Source: Myxococcota bacterium (GTDB lineage: Bacteria; Myxococcota_A; Polyangia; Palsa-1104; JAEUJZ01). Taken from it: DNA of 64,000 bases. The DNA is taken from positions 12,420 to 76,419 of the forward strand of contig JANWXW010000147.1 in the NCBI GenBank assembly GCA_025057315.1, read 5' to 3'. This document shows, piece after piece, positions 1 through 9,158 of this stretch; positions within the stretch are counted from its first letter, which is position 1; each line of letters begins with the position of its first letter. The translations under genes were made by a program, and so were the position numbers. The notes below the pieces were generated by a model. The model did no database searches and was not told where the DNA came from. It saw nothing but the letters and a program-made list of their open reading frames with translations.

Positions 1-997
1 GCAGGGGGACCTCTGCGGCTGGGTCCGGCTCTGGTTGGGCCTGCCCGGCGGCGCACACGAGGCGAAGCTGGCCGTAGACCCGCTCCAGCCGGCGGCGGCC
101 CGGCAGATCGATGGACCGCGTGCCGCCCCCCCGCTCCAGCAGCTGCAGCGCCGCGTCGATGTGACGGTGCCCCAGCGGCCCGAGCCACAGGCGCAGGATG
201 CGCGCCTGCAGCGCCCGAGGCTGCGCCTGCAGCCGCGCCACCTCCATCTCGCCCTCCCTCAGCAGGTCCGCCAGGGCCCGGGCAGCCAGCTCCTCCAGGC
301 AGTCGGCGTCCTGCCGCAGGCGCTCCGCCAGGTCCCCCAGGTGCGCGTCCAGGTCGGGCCGTTCCTGCCGGAGCCGGGGGAGCACCTGGTGGCGCAGCCG
401 GCTGCGCAGGTAGCGGGGGTCGTTGTTGCTTGGGTCGACCAGCGGGACCACGCCCGCCTCGGCCAGGAACGCGTCCACATCGGCCCGATCCAGCTGCAGC
501 AGCGGGCGCACGAGCTGCACCCCCTCGCCCAGCGGGCGTCTGGGGGGCATGCCACCCAGCCCCCGCAGCCCCGCTCCCCCCAGCAGGCGCATGATCACCG
601 TCTCGGCCTGATCGGTGCGCGTGTGGCCCACGGCCACCGCCTCGGCCCCCTGCCGTCGGGCCACCTCCAACAGCGCCGCATAGCGCGCCTGGCGGGCCAC
701 CCCCATGCGCGAGGGGCCTGTGGGCAGCACGACGCGGACCGCCTCCGCCCCCACCCCCTGCTGCGCGGCGAGCGCCCGCACGTGCTCTGCCTCGGCCGCC
801 GCGGCGGCGCGCAGCCCATGGTCCACATACACCGCATGCAGCCCCAGGGCCAGCTCCCCCCGCAGCGCGGCCAGGGCCAGCAGCAGGGCCGTGGAGTCCG
901 GCCCCCCGGAACAGCCCACCACCAGCCGAGCTCCCGCCCCAAGGCCGGCGGCACCCAGCCCAGCGCGCACCGCGGACAGAAACGACTCCCGGGGCAC
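1..997 (-). CDS. tilS: tRNA(Ile)-lysidine synthetase TilS, 3' portion (gene continues past window start). Start is tentatively GTG ~997 or ~970.
   Basis: Minus-strand translation gives LVVGCSGGPDSTALLLALAALRG (the PP-loop SGGxDS motif), followed by HTRTDQAETVIMRLLGG. This frame is the shadow of the listed 35..1108 + ORF. Confidence 0.75.
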   Translation of the reverse strand, partial: MPRESFLSAVRAGLGAAGLGAGARLVVGCSGGPDSTALLLALAALRGELALGLHAVYVDHGLRAAAAAEAEHVRALAAQQGVGAEAVRVVLPTGPSRMGVARQARYAALLEVARRQGAEAVAVGHTRTDQAETVIMRLLGGAGLRGLGGMPPRRPLGEGVQLVRPLLQLDRADVDAFLAEAGVVPLVDPSNNDPRYLRSRLRHQVLPRLRQERPDLDAHLGDLAERLRQDADCLEELAARALADLLREGEMEVARLQAQPRALQARILRLWLGPLGHRHIDAALQLLERGGGTRSIDLPGRRRLERVYGQLRLVCAAGQAQPEPDPAAEVPL

Positions 998-1127
998 CCC
1001 AGGACTGTGTCAGGGACGGGCCGGCCGGTCAACCCCCCTGGCCCCGTGCCGCCCCCCAGGCCCGCCCCTGCGATGTCAGAGACGGTCAGCCGGTCAACTG
1101 CCACCTAGCCACCCCAGGGCGGCCCCA

Positions 1128-1505
1128 TCAGCGCCTCATCAGGGCGCGCACATACTCCATCACCTCCGCCCGCTCGGCCTCTGACAGGTTGATGAACTTG
1201 ACCCCCACCCCCATCTGGAAGGGCGGGCGGCTGTTGTATGTCTTTTTCTTGGGCGCCGCCCAGACCACCTCCGCATCCACCTCCAGCGGTCGCAGACCGG
1301 GCAGGCTGAAACGGAGCCGGATGTGGTCTCCCACCGACAGCGGCTCCGGCGCCTGCAGGAACATCCCCCCCCCGCTGATGTTCTGTGCCAGCGCGGCAAA
1401 CATCTCGTCCCGCAGGACCATCTCTGCAGTCACCACCACGGGGCTGCGCTCCCACTGCCGCCGCTCCGATGGCGGGGCTGCCGGCGTTGCTCGGGCCTGG
1501 TTCAT
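1128..1505 (-). CDS. PilZ domain protein (c-di-GMP receptor-like)
   Basis: C-terminal 126 aa of ORF 1128..1769, starting at ATG 1505. PilZ-like motif spacing is present (RxxxR ... D/NxSxGG: RDEMF...NISGGGMF). Its ATG overlaps the TGA of the upstream HDOD gene (ATGA). Confidence 0.65.
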   Translation of the reverse strand: MNQARATPAAPPSERRQWERSPVVVTAEMVLRDEMFAALAQNISGGGMFLQAPEPLSVGDHIRLRFSLPGLRPLEVDAEVVWAAPKKKTYNSRPPFQMGVGVKFINLSEAERAEVMEYVRALMRR

Positions 1506-2365
1506 CCCTCGAACGCTCCCTTTTCTTCTTGAAAAATCTGATTCAGACGGGCGCCGATCTGATCGAGGTCGCGCGCCCGCAGCTCCAGCAGCGCGGCCGA
1601 AGGGAGCCCCGCCGGATCGAGGTCCTCTTGGCGGCGCGCCCCAATGCCGTGGAATCGGCACAGCGCATCGGCCAGCTCGATGGTCGCAGCACCGCGCGGA
1701 TCGAGCTGCGCCTGCTCGGGGCTGTGATGGTTGGCAATGACATCTTCCAGCTCGGCTGAGAAGTTCCACCGCCGGACGACCAGGGCCCCCACGTGCACGT
1801 GCGTAAAGCCCAGGCGCTCCATCTCCACCGCCACGATTGGCCGCTGTTCGTTGTAGGCCTCCTGAAAAATATCGGCATAGACCTCGGCCAGGTTCGCATT
1901 GAGCACGACCTTGCCAATGTCATGCAGCAGCCCGCCGACAAAGGCCGCCTCCTGCTCCTCCTGTCCCAGGTGCCGCGCCAGCAGGCGCGCCGCAATGCCG
2001 CAGCCCAGCGAGTGCTCCCACAGCAGCTGCTCCTTCAGGCCGTACTCGCCTGTCCGCGACCGGAACATCGAGCGCACCGAGGCGGCAATGACCAGGCTGC
2101 GGATGGTGGAAAAGCCCAGCATCAGGATGGCCTGGGACAGGGCCGTGATGGCCCGCACACGGCTGAACAGCGCGGAGTTGCTGACGCGGAGAATCTTGCT
2201 AACCAGCGCTGGGTCCGAGCCGATGACGCGCTGCAGATCGGCGGGTGTCGTCGCCTCGTCCGCAACCAGCTGCATCACCTTCTGCGCCACCGCCGGCATG
2301 GTGGGCAGGTCACCCGCTCGGGCCACCACCCGCTCCATATCCTCTGCCTGTGCGCTCACGTCCAT
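1502..2365 (-). CDS. HDOD domain signalling protein
   Basis: 287-aa ORF with an HDOD-like core (HDIGKVVL, a metal-dependent phosphohydrolase-like HD region without full catalytic residues). It is translationally coupled to the PilZ gene. Confidence 0.75.
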   Translation of the reverse strand: MDVSAQAEDMERVVARAGDLPTMPAVAQKVMQLVADEATTPADLQRVIGSDPALVSKILRVSNSALFSRVRAITALSQAILMLGFSTIRSLVIAASVRSMFRSRTGEYGLKEQLLWEHSLGCGIAARLLARHLGQEEQEAAFVGGLLHDIGKVVLNANLAEVYADIFQEAYNEQRPIVAVEMERLGFTHVHVGALVVRRWNFSAELEDVIANHHSPEQAQLDPRGAATIELADALCRFHGIGARRQEDLDPAGLPSAALLELRARDLDQIGARLNQIFQEEKGAFEG

Positions 2366-2610
2366 GGAATTCGCTCCCTCCCTGAATGCCCCTGGGGGGG
2401 ACGCTCAGTGGATGATCACAACAATCACAAATCGGTCTTCCATGCAAGATGACAAGTTTTGCCCACCTTGCCAGCTGGTTGGCTGTTTTCAGTCGCTGTG
2501 TGCAAGACAGAGATGGGATGCGCACTGCTTGCACATCTGCATCTGGAGCCTATGCGAAATGTTGCAAAAAATGCTTCCGTGAAGCCGGCACACCACGGTA
2601 CAAAAGAGCC

Positions 2611-3189
2611 ATGGACATGAGCATCAACAGCACCCTGGCGGCCATTGCCGAAAAGGCACCGCAGGTGGCCGAGCTGGTCCGGGCCCGAGAGGCTGCCCTG
2701 TGCGCCGAGCGGGATGCCGAGGCCGCCATCCTGGAGCGGGCGGTCAGCCTGATGCGGCCGGCGCTGGAGGTCCTGTGCGGACGCATCCCCGTGGCTGGCC
2801 GAGAGGTGGTCGGCAGCGCCCGACCCCCCGAGTACGTCTACTCGCAGACGGCCCGCGGTCTGTGCCTGGTGGATGGCTACGGCAAAGACTACAGCGAGGA
2901 GGACGGCGGCCAGTACTTCGGCGAGCGCCTGTACCTTCTGAGCGACGGGACCCTTGTGCAGATGCGGCGGCAAGGCCGCTGGAGCGAGGTGGAGGGCGCC
3001 ACCTGCGAATGGGAGGTGGTGGAGGAGCGGCCGCTGACGCCGCGGGAGGCAATGGATGAGTACACCCTGGCCGAGTGCCTGGAGCCGATGTTCAACGCCC
3101 TGGACCGGCCCCTGAAGGGCCTGGTCGACCCGATGCGCAGGACGCAGGAGCGGGTCGAGAAGCTGCGCGCCATCCTCACCCTGCTCTGA
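2611..3189 (+). CDS. hypothetical protein
   Basis: ORF 2449..3189, with the start moved to ATG 2611 (MDMSINST). The upstream part of the ORF lies in an atypically low-GC stretch that looks intergenic. Confidence 0.5.
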   Translation: MDMSINSTLAAIAEKAPQVAELVRAREAALCAERDAEAAILERAVSLMRPALEVLCGRIPVAGREVVGSARPPEYVYSQTARGLCLVDGYGKDYSEEDGGQYFGERLYLLSDGTLVQMRRQGRWSEVEGATCEWEVVEERPLTPREAMDEYTLAECLEPMFNALDRPLKGLVDPMRRTQERVEKLRAILTLL

Positions 3190-3455
3190 GGCGGGCGGCG
3201 GGGCCCTGTGCCGGGCTTCGGGGACTGGCTGGCGGTTGCGGGGCGTGCAGCCGGGCCCCCTCCAGGCGGGCTTCTGCGTCGCGTGCTGTCGCCCTACCCC
3301 AACTCCCCGCAAGCTGCGGGGCATGCAGTCGGCCCCCCTCCCCGCAGGGGGGCGAGCGCTCCTCCCTTCTGGACGGTCCAGGGGGGCACGTGGTCGGTTC
3401 CAGGCGGGGCGGCCCCGATGGCAAGACCGTCCGGGCCGCAGGGTCCAGGGCGGGC

Positions 3456-3794
3456 TCAGCCGGACGCTGGGTCCAGGTGGACGGCCAACCACAAGGCCCC
3501 GGTGCTGCAGCGCAGCACCCGGTGGGGGGTTCGTGCAGGCAAAAACACGTGGTCGCCCGGCCCCAGCTCCACGGTCTGGCCAGCCACCTCCAGCGTGGCC
3601 TCGCCGCGCAGCAGGGCCACCCACTCGTCCTGCTCCTGGCAGAAGTCCATCGGGGTGATGGCGGCCGAGCTGACGATGCGCTCGATGCGCAGGGGCCCAT
3701 GCTGCAGCAGCGTCTCGGTGCGCTCTCCGGCTGCGGGCGGCTCGGCATGGGCCAGCAGGTTGCCGATCGAAAGGGCAGGGGGGAGCATGGCCAC
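3456..3794 (-). CDS. cupin domain protein
   Basis: 112-aa small beta-barrel protein with a cupin_2-like core (GDHVFLPARTPHRV). Confidence 0.65.
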   Translation of the reverse strand: MAMLPPALSIGNLLAHAEPPAAGERTETLLQHGPLRIERIVSSAAITPMDFCQEQDEWVALLRGEATLEVAGQTVELGPGDHVFLPARTPHRVLRCSTGALWLAVHLDPASG

Positions 3795-3802
3795 ACCCTA
3801 CC

Positions 3803-5176
3803 ATGGTCCCCAGGGGCCGGTGGGGGCGGCTCGCGATGGGGGCTGCACCCTGGGCCAGCGCGCAGGGGCTGCCCCTTGCCCCTTGCTTGACGCTGCGCAG
3901 CCGCCAGTGGCAGCTTGCTGCCGTGCGTCTGTCCCGGCTGTTTCGCCACATTCGACCCTGGCCACCGGAGCAAGTCACCACCATCGCCCCCGGCGAGGTC
4001 GACCCGCGCGAGGCGGGCCTGCGCCGCGAGGACGTAGAGGCCATCTGGCGCGCTGTGGTGCACCTGTACCAGGGCGGCTTGCACCCGGCGGTGGCCCTGT
4101 GCCTGCGTCGCCGCGGCCTGGTGGTGCTCGACCGCGCCATCGGCCACGCCCGCGGCAACGCTCCGGACGACCCTCCCGACGCCGAGCGGGTGCTGGCCAC
4201 GCCCAACACCCTGTTCAATCTGTTTTCCGCCTCCAAGGCCGTGACCGCCATGATGATCCACCTGCTCGACGAGCGCGGGCTGGTGCATCTGGACGATCCG
4301 GTGGCTGAGTTCATCCCCGAGTTCGGGCGCCACGGCAAGGGCTGGATCACGCTCCGGCACCTGCTCACCCACCGCGCCGGCATCCCGGCCATGCCGCCCC
4401 ACGAGGATCCGCTGCGGCTGCTGGCCGAGCCCGACCGCCTCTTTGCCCTGCTGTGCGAGTGCACCCCGATCAAGCCCTTTGGCCGCCACCTGGGCTACCA
4501 TGCCGTCACCGGCGGCGCCATCCTGGGCGAGGTGGTGCGCCGCGTGACCGGAAAGGACCTGCGGGCCCTGTTGCACGAGTCGGTGCTCGCCCCGCTGGGC
4601 ATGCAGCACTTCAACTATGGCGTCCGCCCCGAGGAGGTCCACCTGGTGGCCCGCAACGCCGCCACCGGCCCCACAGCCCCACCCCCCTACTCGTGGATGC
4701 TCCGCCGCGCCCTGGGGGTGGATCTGGCCCGCGCCGTGGAGATCTCCAACCACCCGGCCTTTCTGACGGCGGTGGTGCCCTCGGGCAACATCATCGGCAC
4801 GGCCAACGAGGCCAGCCGCTTCTTTCAGCTGCTGCTCAACGACGGCTGCCTCGATGGCGTGCGCATCTTCGAGCGGCGCACCGTGCGCCGCGCCATTGCC
4901 GAGCAGACCTACCTGGAGGTGGACTCGATCATGGCCCTGCCGGTCCGCTACGGCATGGGCTTTATGCTCGGCCGCCGCCACCTGAGTCCCTTCGGGCCCG
5001 ACACGCCGCATGCCTTCGGCCACCTGGGCTTTACCGCCACCGTCGTGTATGCCGACCGCGAGCGGGACATCAGCGTGGCGCTGCTGACCAGCGGCAAGCC
5101 CTTCATCACGCCCGGGCAGCTGCGCTGGCTGGCGGTGCTGGAGACCATCGCCCGCCGCTGCAAGCAGGCCCGCTAG
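3803..5176 (+). CDS. serine hydrolase, beta-lactamase/PBP4-like family
   Basis: SxxK active-site motif (FSASKAV), YxN-like and HxG regions, ~450 aa. Divergent from the cupin gene. Exact start uncertain. Confidence 0.75.
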   Translation: MVPRGRWGRLAMGAAPWASAQGLPLAPCLTLRSRQWQLAAVRLSRLFRHIRPWPPEQVTTIAPGEVDPREAGLRREDVEAIWRAVVHLYQGGLHPAVALCLRRRGLVVLDRAIGHARGNAPDDPPDAERVLATPNTLFNLFSASKAVTAMMIHLLDERGLVHLDDPVAEFIPEFGRHGKGWITLRHLLTHRAGIPAMPPHEDPLRLLAEPDRLFALLCECTPIKPFGRHLGYHAVTGGAILGEVVRRVTGKDLRALLHESVLAPLGMQHFNYGVRPEEVHLVARNAATGPTAPPPYSWMLRRALGVDLARAVEISNHPAFLTAVVPSGNIIGTANEASRFFQLLLNDGCLDGVRIFERRTVRRAIAEQTYLEVDSIMALPVRYGMGFMLGRRHLSPFGPDTPHAFGHLGFTATVVYADRERDISVALLTSGKPFITPGQLRWLAVLETIARRCKQAR

Positions 5177-5332
5177 CCCCGCAGGCCTGCAGAGCCTCCA
5201 CGGATAGGGTCCGGACCCTCCCCCCCGGGGGACAGCAGCCTGGGGGGAATGGGTGCGCCGGCCCGCCCCGGGGCCTGGATCGGCTGCTCCCCGGGCCTTC
5301 AGAGCCCGCGGCAACGGCCCGATGTCCTGGGC

Positions 5333-6070
5333 ATGACCCTGACCGACCACGATGTGTACCGCTGCCTGGATGCCCTGGCTGCGGCCTCGGCGCCGCTGCC
5401 CGACATCGCGCTGCTGCCCGGCGAGCGCATGGCCCTGGCTGGATGCTGCTTCCGCCAGGGCTCGGACCTGGTGTACGCCGTGGCCGCGGCGCTGCGCGAG
5501 CAGCCCGAGCTGTTTGCCGACGTCTCGATCGATCCGGCCGAGCTGGTGGCGCGCTTTGAGCGGGGGGTGGCCTTTGGCTGCCTGGCCCAGCTGCTGGAGC
5601 AGCTGCTGCGCTGCGCGCGGGACGCCGAGCTGCTGGATCGGGGCACGGCGGTGCGGGATGCGCTGGCGGTGCTGGCGCAGGCGCGGGGCACGGCCCGGCT
5701 GCCCTTTGCTGCGGCCGAGCAGCAGCGGCGGCTGGACGCGCTGGCGCTGGCCGAGCAGGCGCTGCGCCGGCGGGTGGGACGAGCCTCGGCCCGCGGCGGA
5801 GCGAGCGGCAACCGGCGGCTCTCGCCCCAGGCCCGGTGCATGGCCGAGGCCCGGCGGGCCGCTGCGCGGGGGCAGGGACCGGAGGGGCTGCTGCCACCGC
5901 CGCGGCCGGTGCCAGCCGGGGAGAGCCAGCCCGCCAGGCCACCGGATGCGGCCGGGCCCGGGACCTGGACGCACCCCGCCCCGGAACCCCATTCCCCGGG
6001 GGAGCCCGGCCACCTCCCCCCCTGCGCCTCGGCCTCCGACGACCCCTGGACAGCCGGCGCAGCGGGCCTA
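5333..6070 (+). CDS. hypothetical protein. 3' end unresolved: the coding frame has no stop until 6475, and a TAG at 6069-6071 lies in the +1 frame.
   Basis: High GC3 coding signal runs from ATG 5333 (MTLTDHDVYRCLDALAAA) to about 6067. After that, third-position GC collapses in this frame, while the next gene (6126) shows strong coding signal in another frame. Confidence 0.45.
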
Positions 6071-6125
6071 GAGCAAGACAGCGAGGCAGCGCGCGCACCC
6101 CACGCGCGCACAGGAGGACAGGACC

Positions 6126-6785
6126 ATGTCGAGGCCCGAAGCAGCAAGCACCCTGGAGCCGGCCCAGGCCCTGGCCGCTCTGGCCGATCGAGAGACGCTG
6201 GCGCGACACAAGGCAGCCTTGGGGGCGATGCCCCGGCGCCTGGGTCTGGTGCGCCTGCGGCCGGCGGACCGCGCGGCGCTGGGGGTGACCTCCACGGCGG
6301 GCCAGCTGCGGCGGTCGCTGGCCTGCCTGCAGCTGCTGCAGGCCCGGCCCGAGCTGGCTGCGGCGCTGCCGGCCGGGATGGCCCAGGCGTGGGAGGAGGT
6401 GGTGGGGGCGCGGCTGCTGCTGGCCCAGCTGCGCCGCTGCCTGGAGCCGGTCCGGGCCGGGGCAGAGCGGGCTGAGCTGCTGCTGCGCGCCGCCATCACC
6501 GAGGACAACGACGCCATCGAGGACCACATGGCAGCCCAGATGGCCGGGGCGCCGCCTGAGGTGGCGCGGCGCCTGCGGGCCAAGTTCGAGGATCCCGGAC
6601 GGCTGCGTCAGCTGCTGCAAGAAAGTGCCGGGGCCCGGGCGCGGCGCCGGAGCCAGCGGGAGGCGGTCAAGGCCCGGGCGCGCGCCGAGGGCTGGCGCCT
6701 GGTGGCCCGCGAGCTGGGGGTGCAGCAGCTGCAGCAGGAGCCAGCCCCCGTGGGGCGGCCCGATGAGCGAAGGCGGACGCGATAA
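6126..6785 (+). CDS. hypothetical protein
   Basis: AGGAGG RBS 8 nt upstream of ATG 6126. Very high GC3 throughout. 219 aa, Ala/Leu/Arg-rich helical protein. Confidence 0.6.
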   Translation: MSRPEAASTLEPAQALAALADRETLARHKAALGAMPRRLGLVRLRPADRAALGVTSTAGQLRRSLACLQLLQARPELAAALPAGMAQAWEEVVGARLLLAQLRRCLEPVRAGAERAELLLRAAITEDNDAIEDHMAAQMAGAPPEVARRLRAKFEDPGRLRQLLQESAGARARRRSQREAVKARARAEGWRLVARELGVQQLQQEPAPVGRPDERRRTR

Positions 6786-6821
6786 CGAGGACGCGACAAC
6801 GAGGACGCCAAGGAGGACGCG
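6779..6821 (+). repeat. three imperfect tandem copies of a 12-14-nt unit (GCGATAACGAGGAC / GCGACAACGAGGAC / GCCAAGGAGGAC) spanning a stop codon and an RBS
   Basis: Read directly from the sequence. The last unit provides the AGGAGG for the 6822 gene. Confidence 0.6.
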
Positions 6822-7562
6822 ATGAAGATCAAGACCACCACCTGCCGGGGTGGCTCGGCCAGCCGCCGCGCCCGCCGGGCCAGGGTGCACGGACCGGCTC
6901 GGCTGGACCTGGCCCACATCCGCGCCTGCATCGGCGAGCTGGCGACAGCGCCCAGCCGGCTGGGACTGGAGGCGCTGTGCCAGGACGACGGCCCGGAGGT
7001 GGAGGCGGTGCTGGACCCAGATGCCCTGCCGGTGGCCCGGGCCTACCTGCGCGCGCTGGCCGGGGACCCGGACGCCACACCCCAGGTGGCAGCGATCGCC
7101 CGGCGCCTGGCCGCCCGCCTGGGACAGCAGCACGAGCTGGCCGGGATCTGCGCTGCCCTGGAGCAGCTGGACCGCGACGCGGCAGACACCGACCGGGAGC
7201 TGGGCCGGCGAGAGCAGGATATGCTCGCCACCCTGGACCGGGTGCTGGGCGGGCTGCTGGACGGAACGCTGGGGAGCCTGAGCCCGGTGGAGCGGGACCA
7301 GCTGCGCGTGGAGGCCGCCGAGGTGCTGGAGCTGCAGGCGGAGCAGCGGGCGCAGCGGGAGCAGGAGCGGCGCCTGACGATCGAGGCCGGACGGGAGGCA
7401 GAGACCCTGCGCCGGGAGGCCGCCCAGGAGGCCGAGATGCTGCGCACCCAGGCCGCGCTGCGGGCCGGACGTCGCGTGGACGAGGAGGCGCTGGACCGGG
7501 CCCTGGCGACCTTCGAGCGGCTCCGGGCGGCACGGACGGGGCCACCCCCCGCCCCGCTGTGA
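6822..7562 (+). CDS. hypothetical protein (coiled-coil, Glu/Arg-rich C-terminus)
   Basis: AGGAGG RBS formed by the last unit of a 3x tandem repeat. 246 aa. Co-oriented with 5333 and 6126 (possible operon). Confidence 0.6.
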   Translation: MKIKTTTCRGGSASRRARRARVHGPARLDLAHIRACIGELATAPSRLGLEALCQDDGPEVEAVLDPDALPVARAYLRALAGDPDATPQVAAIARRLAARLGQQHELAGICAALEQLDRDAADTDRELGRREQDMLATLDRVLGGLLDGTLGSLSPVERDQLRVEAAEVLELQAEQRAQREQERRLTIEAGREAETLRREAAQEAEMLRTQAALRAGRRVDEEALDRALATFERLRAARTGPPPAPL

Positions 7563-7580
7563 GCGCGGCCGCGGCGGCCG

Positions 7581-9152
7581 CTACCCCGCGGAGTCCAGCT
7601 GCGGCACCAGCTCCACCCGATGCAGCAGCTGGCCCTCTAGCCCGCGGTGGCTGACGGTCATGATGCCCGTGCGCCCATCGATGTGCACGTGCCCAAAGTG
7701 CAGGTAGCCGGCGCTCGGCGGCAGGTTGGGCTGCGGCGGACACCGCTGGTAGAGCAGCTGCGGGCCAAAGGTGGCATCGAGCTGGTTGGGGCCAAAGGGG
7801 CCGGCATGCAGCGGGCCAGAGACGAACTCGTAGAACGGGTCAAAGTCGGAAAAGCGGGCCCGACCCGGATCGAAGCGGTGGGTGGCGGCGTAGTGGACAT
7901 CTGCGGTCAGCCACACGACGTTGTAGATGCGGTGGCGGCGGAGGAAGCTGAGCAGCTCGGCGATCTCCAGCTCGCGGCCCAGCGCCTCGGGGTCGCCCTG
8001 GGCCACGCCGTCCACCGCGGTGGCGCGCCAGCCGTCGTCGGCCACGACCAGGCCCAGGGACATGTCCGCGGCAATTACCTTCCACAGCGCCGTCGAGGTG
8101 CGGAGCTGCTGCTTGAGCCACTCGGCCTGGGCCGCCCCCAGGATGCGCGCCTGCGGGGTCAGCACGCGCTGGCGCCCCGGGGAGTTGGGCCCCCGGAAGC
8201 TGCGCAGGTCGACCAGAAACAGGTCCAGCAGCGGCCCGCGGTGAAAGACCCGATGGATGCACGGGCGGTCGGGTGGCTGGGGCGTCAGGGGCGTAAACTC
8301 GGCAAAGGCCTGCCGCGCCCGCGGCACGAGCACCTCGCAGCGCCGCTCGGTGCGGCGCGGGTCGTCCAGGACGCGGCCCGGATACCAGTTGTTGCTGACC
8401 TCGTGGTCATCCCACTGCACATACTGCGGCACCTCGGCGCAAAAGCGGCGCAGGTGCTCGTCCATGAGGTTGTAGCGATAACAGCCGCGGAAGTCCTCCA
8501 GGGTCTGGGCCGGACGGCTCTTTTCCTCGGTGACCAGGTTGCGCCACAGACCCCCGCCCGGCAGCGGCACCTGGCGCTGCAGCGGGATGTCGGCATAGAT
8601 GAGATCGCCGCTGTGGATGAAAAAGTCCGGCTGCAGCCGGCGCATGGACTCGTAGATCTTCAGGCCGCCGAAGTCGGGGTTGATGCCCCAGCCCTGGCCC
8701 ACGGTGTCGCCAGACCAGAGGAAGCTCACGCTGCGTCGGTCGCGGGCCGGGGTGCGCAGCCGTCCGTACACCGGGTCGCTCACCGGGCGCCCGGTGTGGG
8801 GGTCGAGGAAGCGGACCTCGTAGAACACCTCCTGGCCTGGGGGCAGGCCGGTGAGCACGAGCTTGGCCGTGCCGCCGCTGGCCGGGGTGGCCAGGGGGCC
8901 GAGCCGGCGCTGGGCATCTCTGAGCCGCTCGTTGGTCGCGTAGCGGACGGCCATCTGGGCGGTCCGGTCGCATGCGCTCCACAGCACGGCGCTGTCATAG
9001 GTGACATCGCCTGCCTGCACCCCCAGGGGCACCCCGCGCGCGGCCGGGGCTCCCAGCAGCCGCCCGGCCCAGGGCGGCACCAGCAGACAGCACCCGGTGT
9101 AGGCCAGGCCGGAGACGAACCGGCGGCGACCGGCATCGATGCAGCTAGACAT
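7581..9152 (-). CDS. phoD: PhoD-family alkaline phosphatase/phosphodiesterase with Tat signal
   Basis: Twin-arginine motif at the N-terminus (GRRRFVSGLAYTG). PhoD-like metallophosphatase motifs (SGDLIYAD, WDDHEV, GDVHY). 523 aa. Confidence 0.8.
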   Translation of the reverse strand: MSSCIDAGRRRFVSGLAYTGCCLLVPPWAGRLLGAPAARGVPLGVQAGDVTYDSAVLWSACDRTAQMAVRYATNERLRDAQRRLGPLATPASGGTAKLVLTGLPPGQEVFYEVRFLDPHTGRPVSDPVYGRLRTPARDRRSVSFLWSGDTVGQGWGINPDFGGLKIYESMRRLQPDFFIHSGDLIYADIPLQRQVPLPGGGLWRNLVTEEKSRPAQTLEDFRGCYRYNLMDEHLRRFCAEVPQYVQWDDHEVSNNWYPGRVLDDPRRTERRCEVLVPRARQAFAEFTPLTPQPPDRPCIHRVFHRGPLLDLFLVDLRSFRGPNSPGRQRVLTPQARILGAAQAEWLKQQLRTSTALWKVIAADMSLGLVVADDGWRATAVDGVAQGDPEALGRELEIAELLSFLRRHRIYNVVWLTADVHYAATHRFDPGRARFSDFDPFYEFVSGPLHAGPFGPNQLDATFGPQLLYQRCPPQPNLPPSAGYLHFGHVHIDGRTGIMTVSHRGLEGQLLHRVELVPQLDSAG

Positions 9153-9158
9153 CCTACC

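Noticed and set aside
35-1108. 357-aa plus-strand ORF rich in Arg/Pro/Gln/Ala
   Set aside because: It is the antisense shadow of tilS. The minus strand carries the PP-loop SGGPDS motif and a coherent TilS sequence. The plus frame is low-complexity.
2425-7133. Very long minus-strand ORFs (2425..4473 682 aa, 3176..6013 945 aa, 5106..7133 675 aa) overlapping plus-strand genes
   Set aside because: High-GC shadow ORFs. They are Arg/Pro/Gly/Ala-dominated, carry no domain signatures, and lie antisense to ORFs with clear family motifs (SxxK beta-lactamase etc.).
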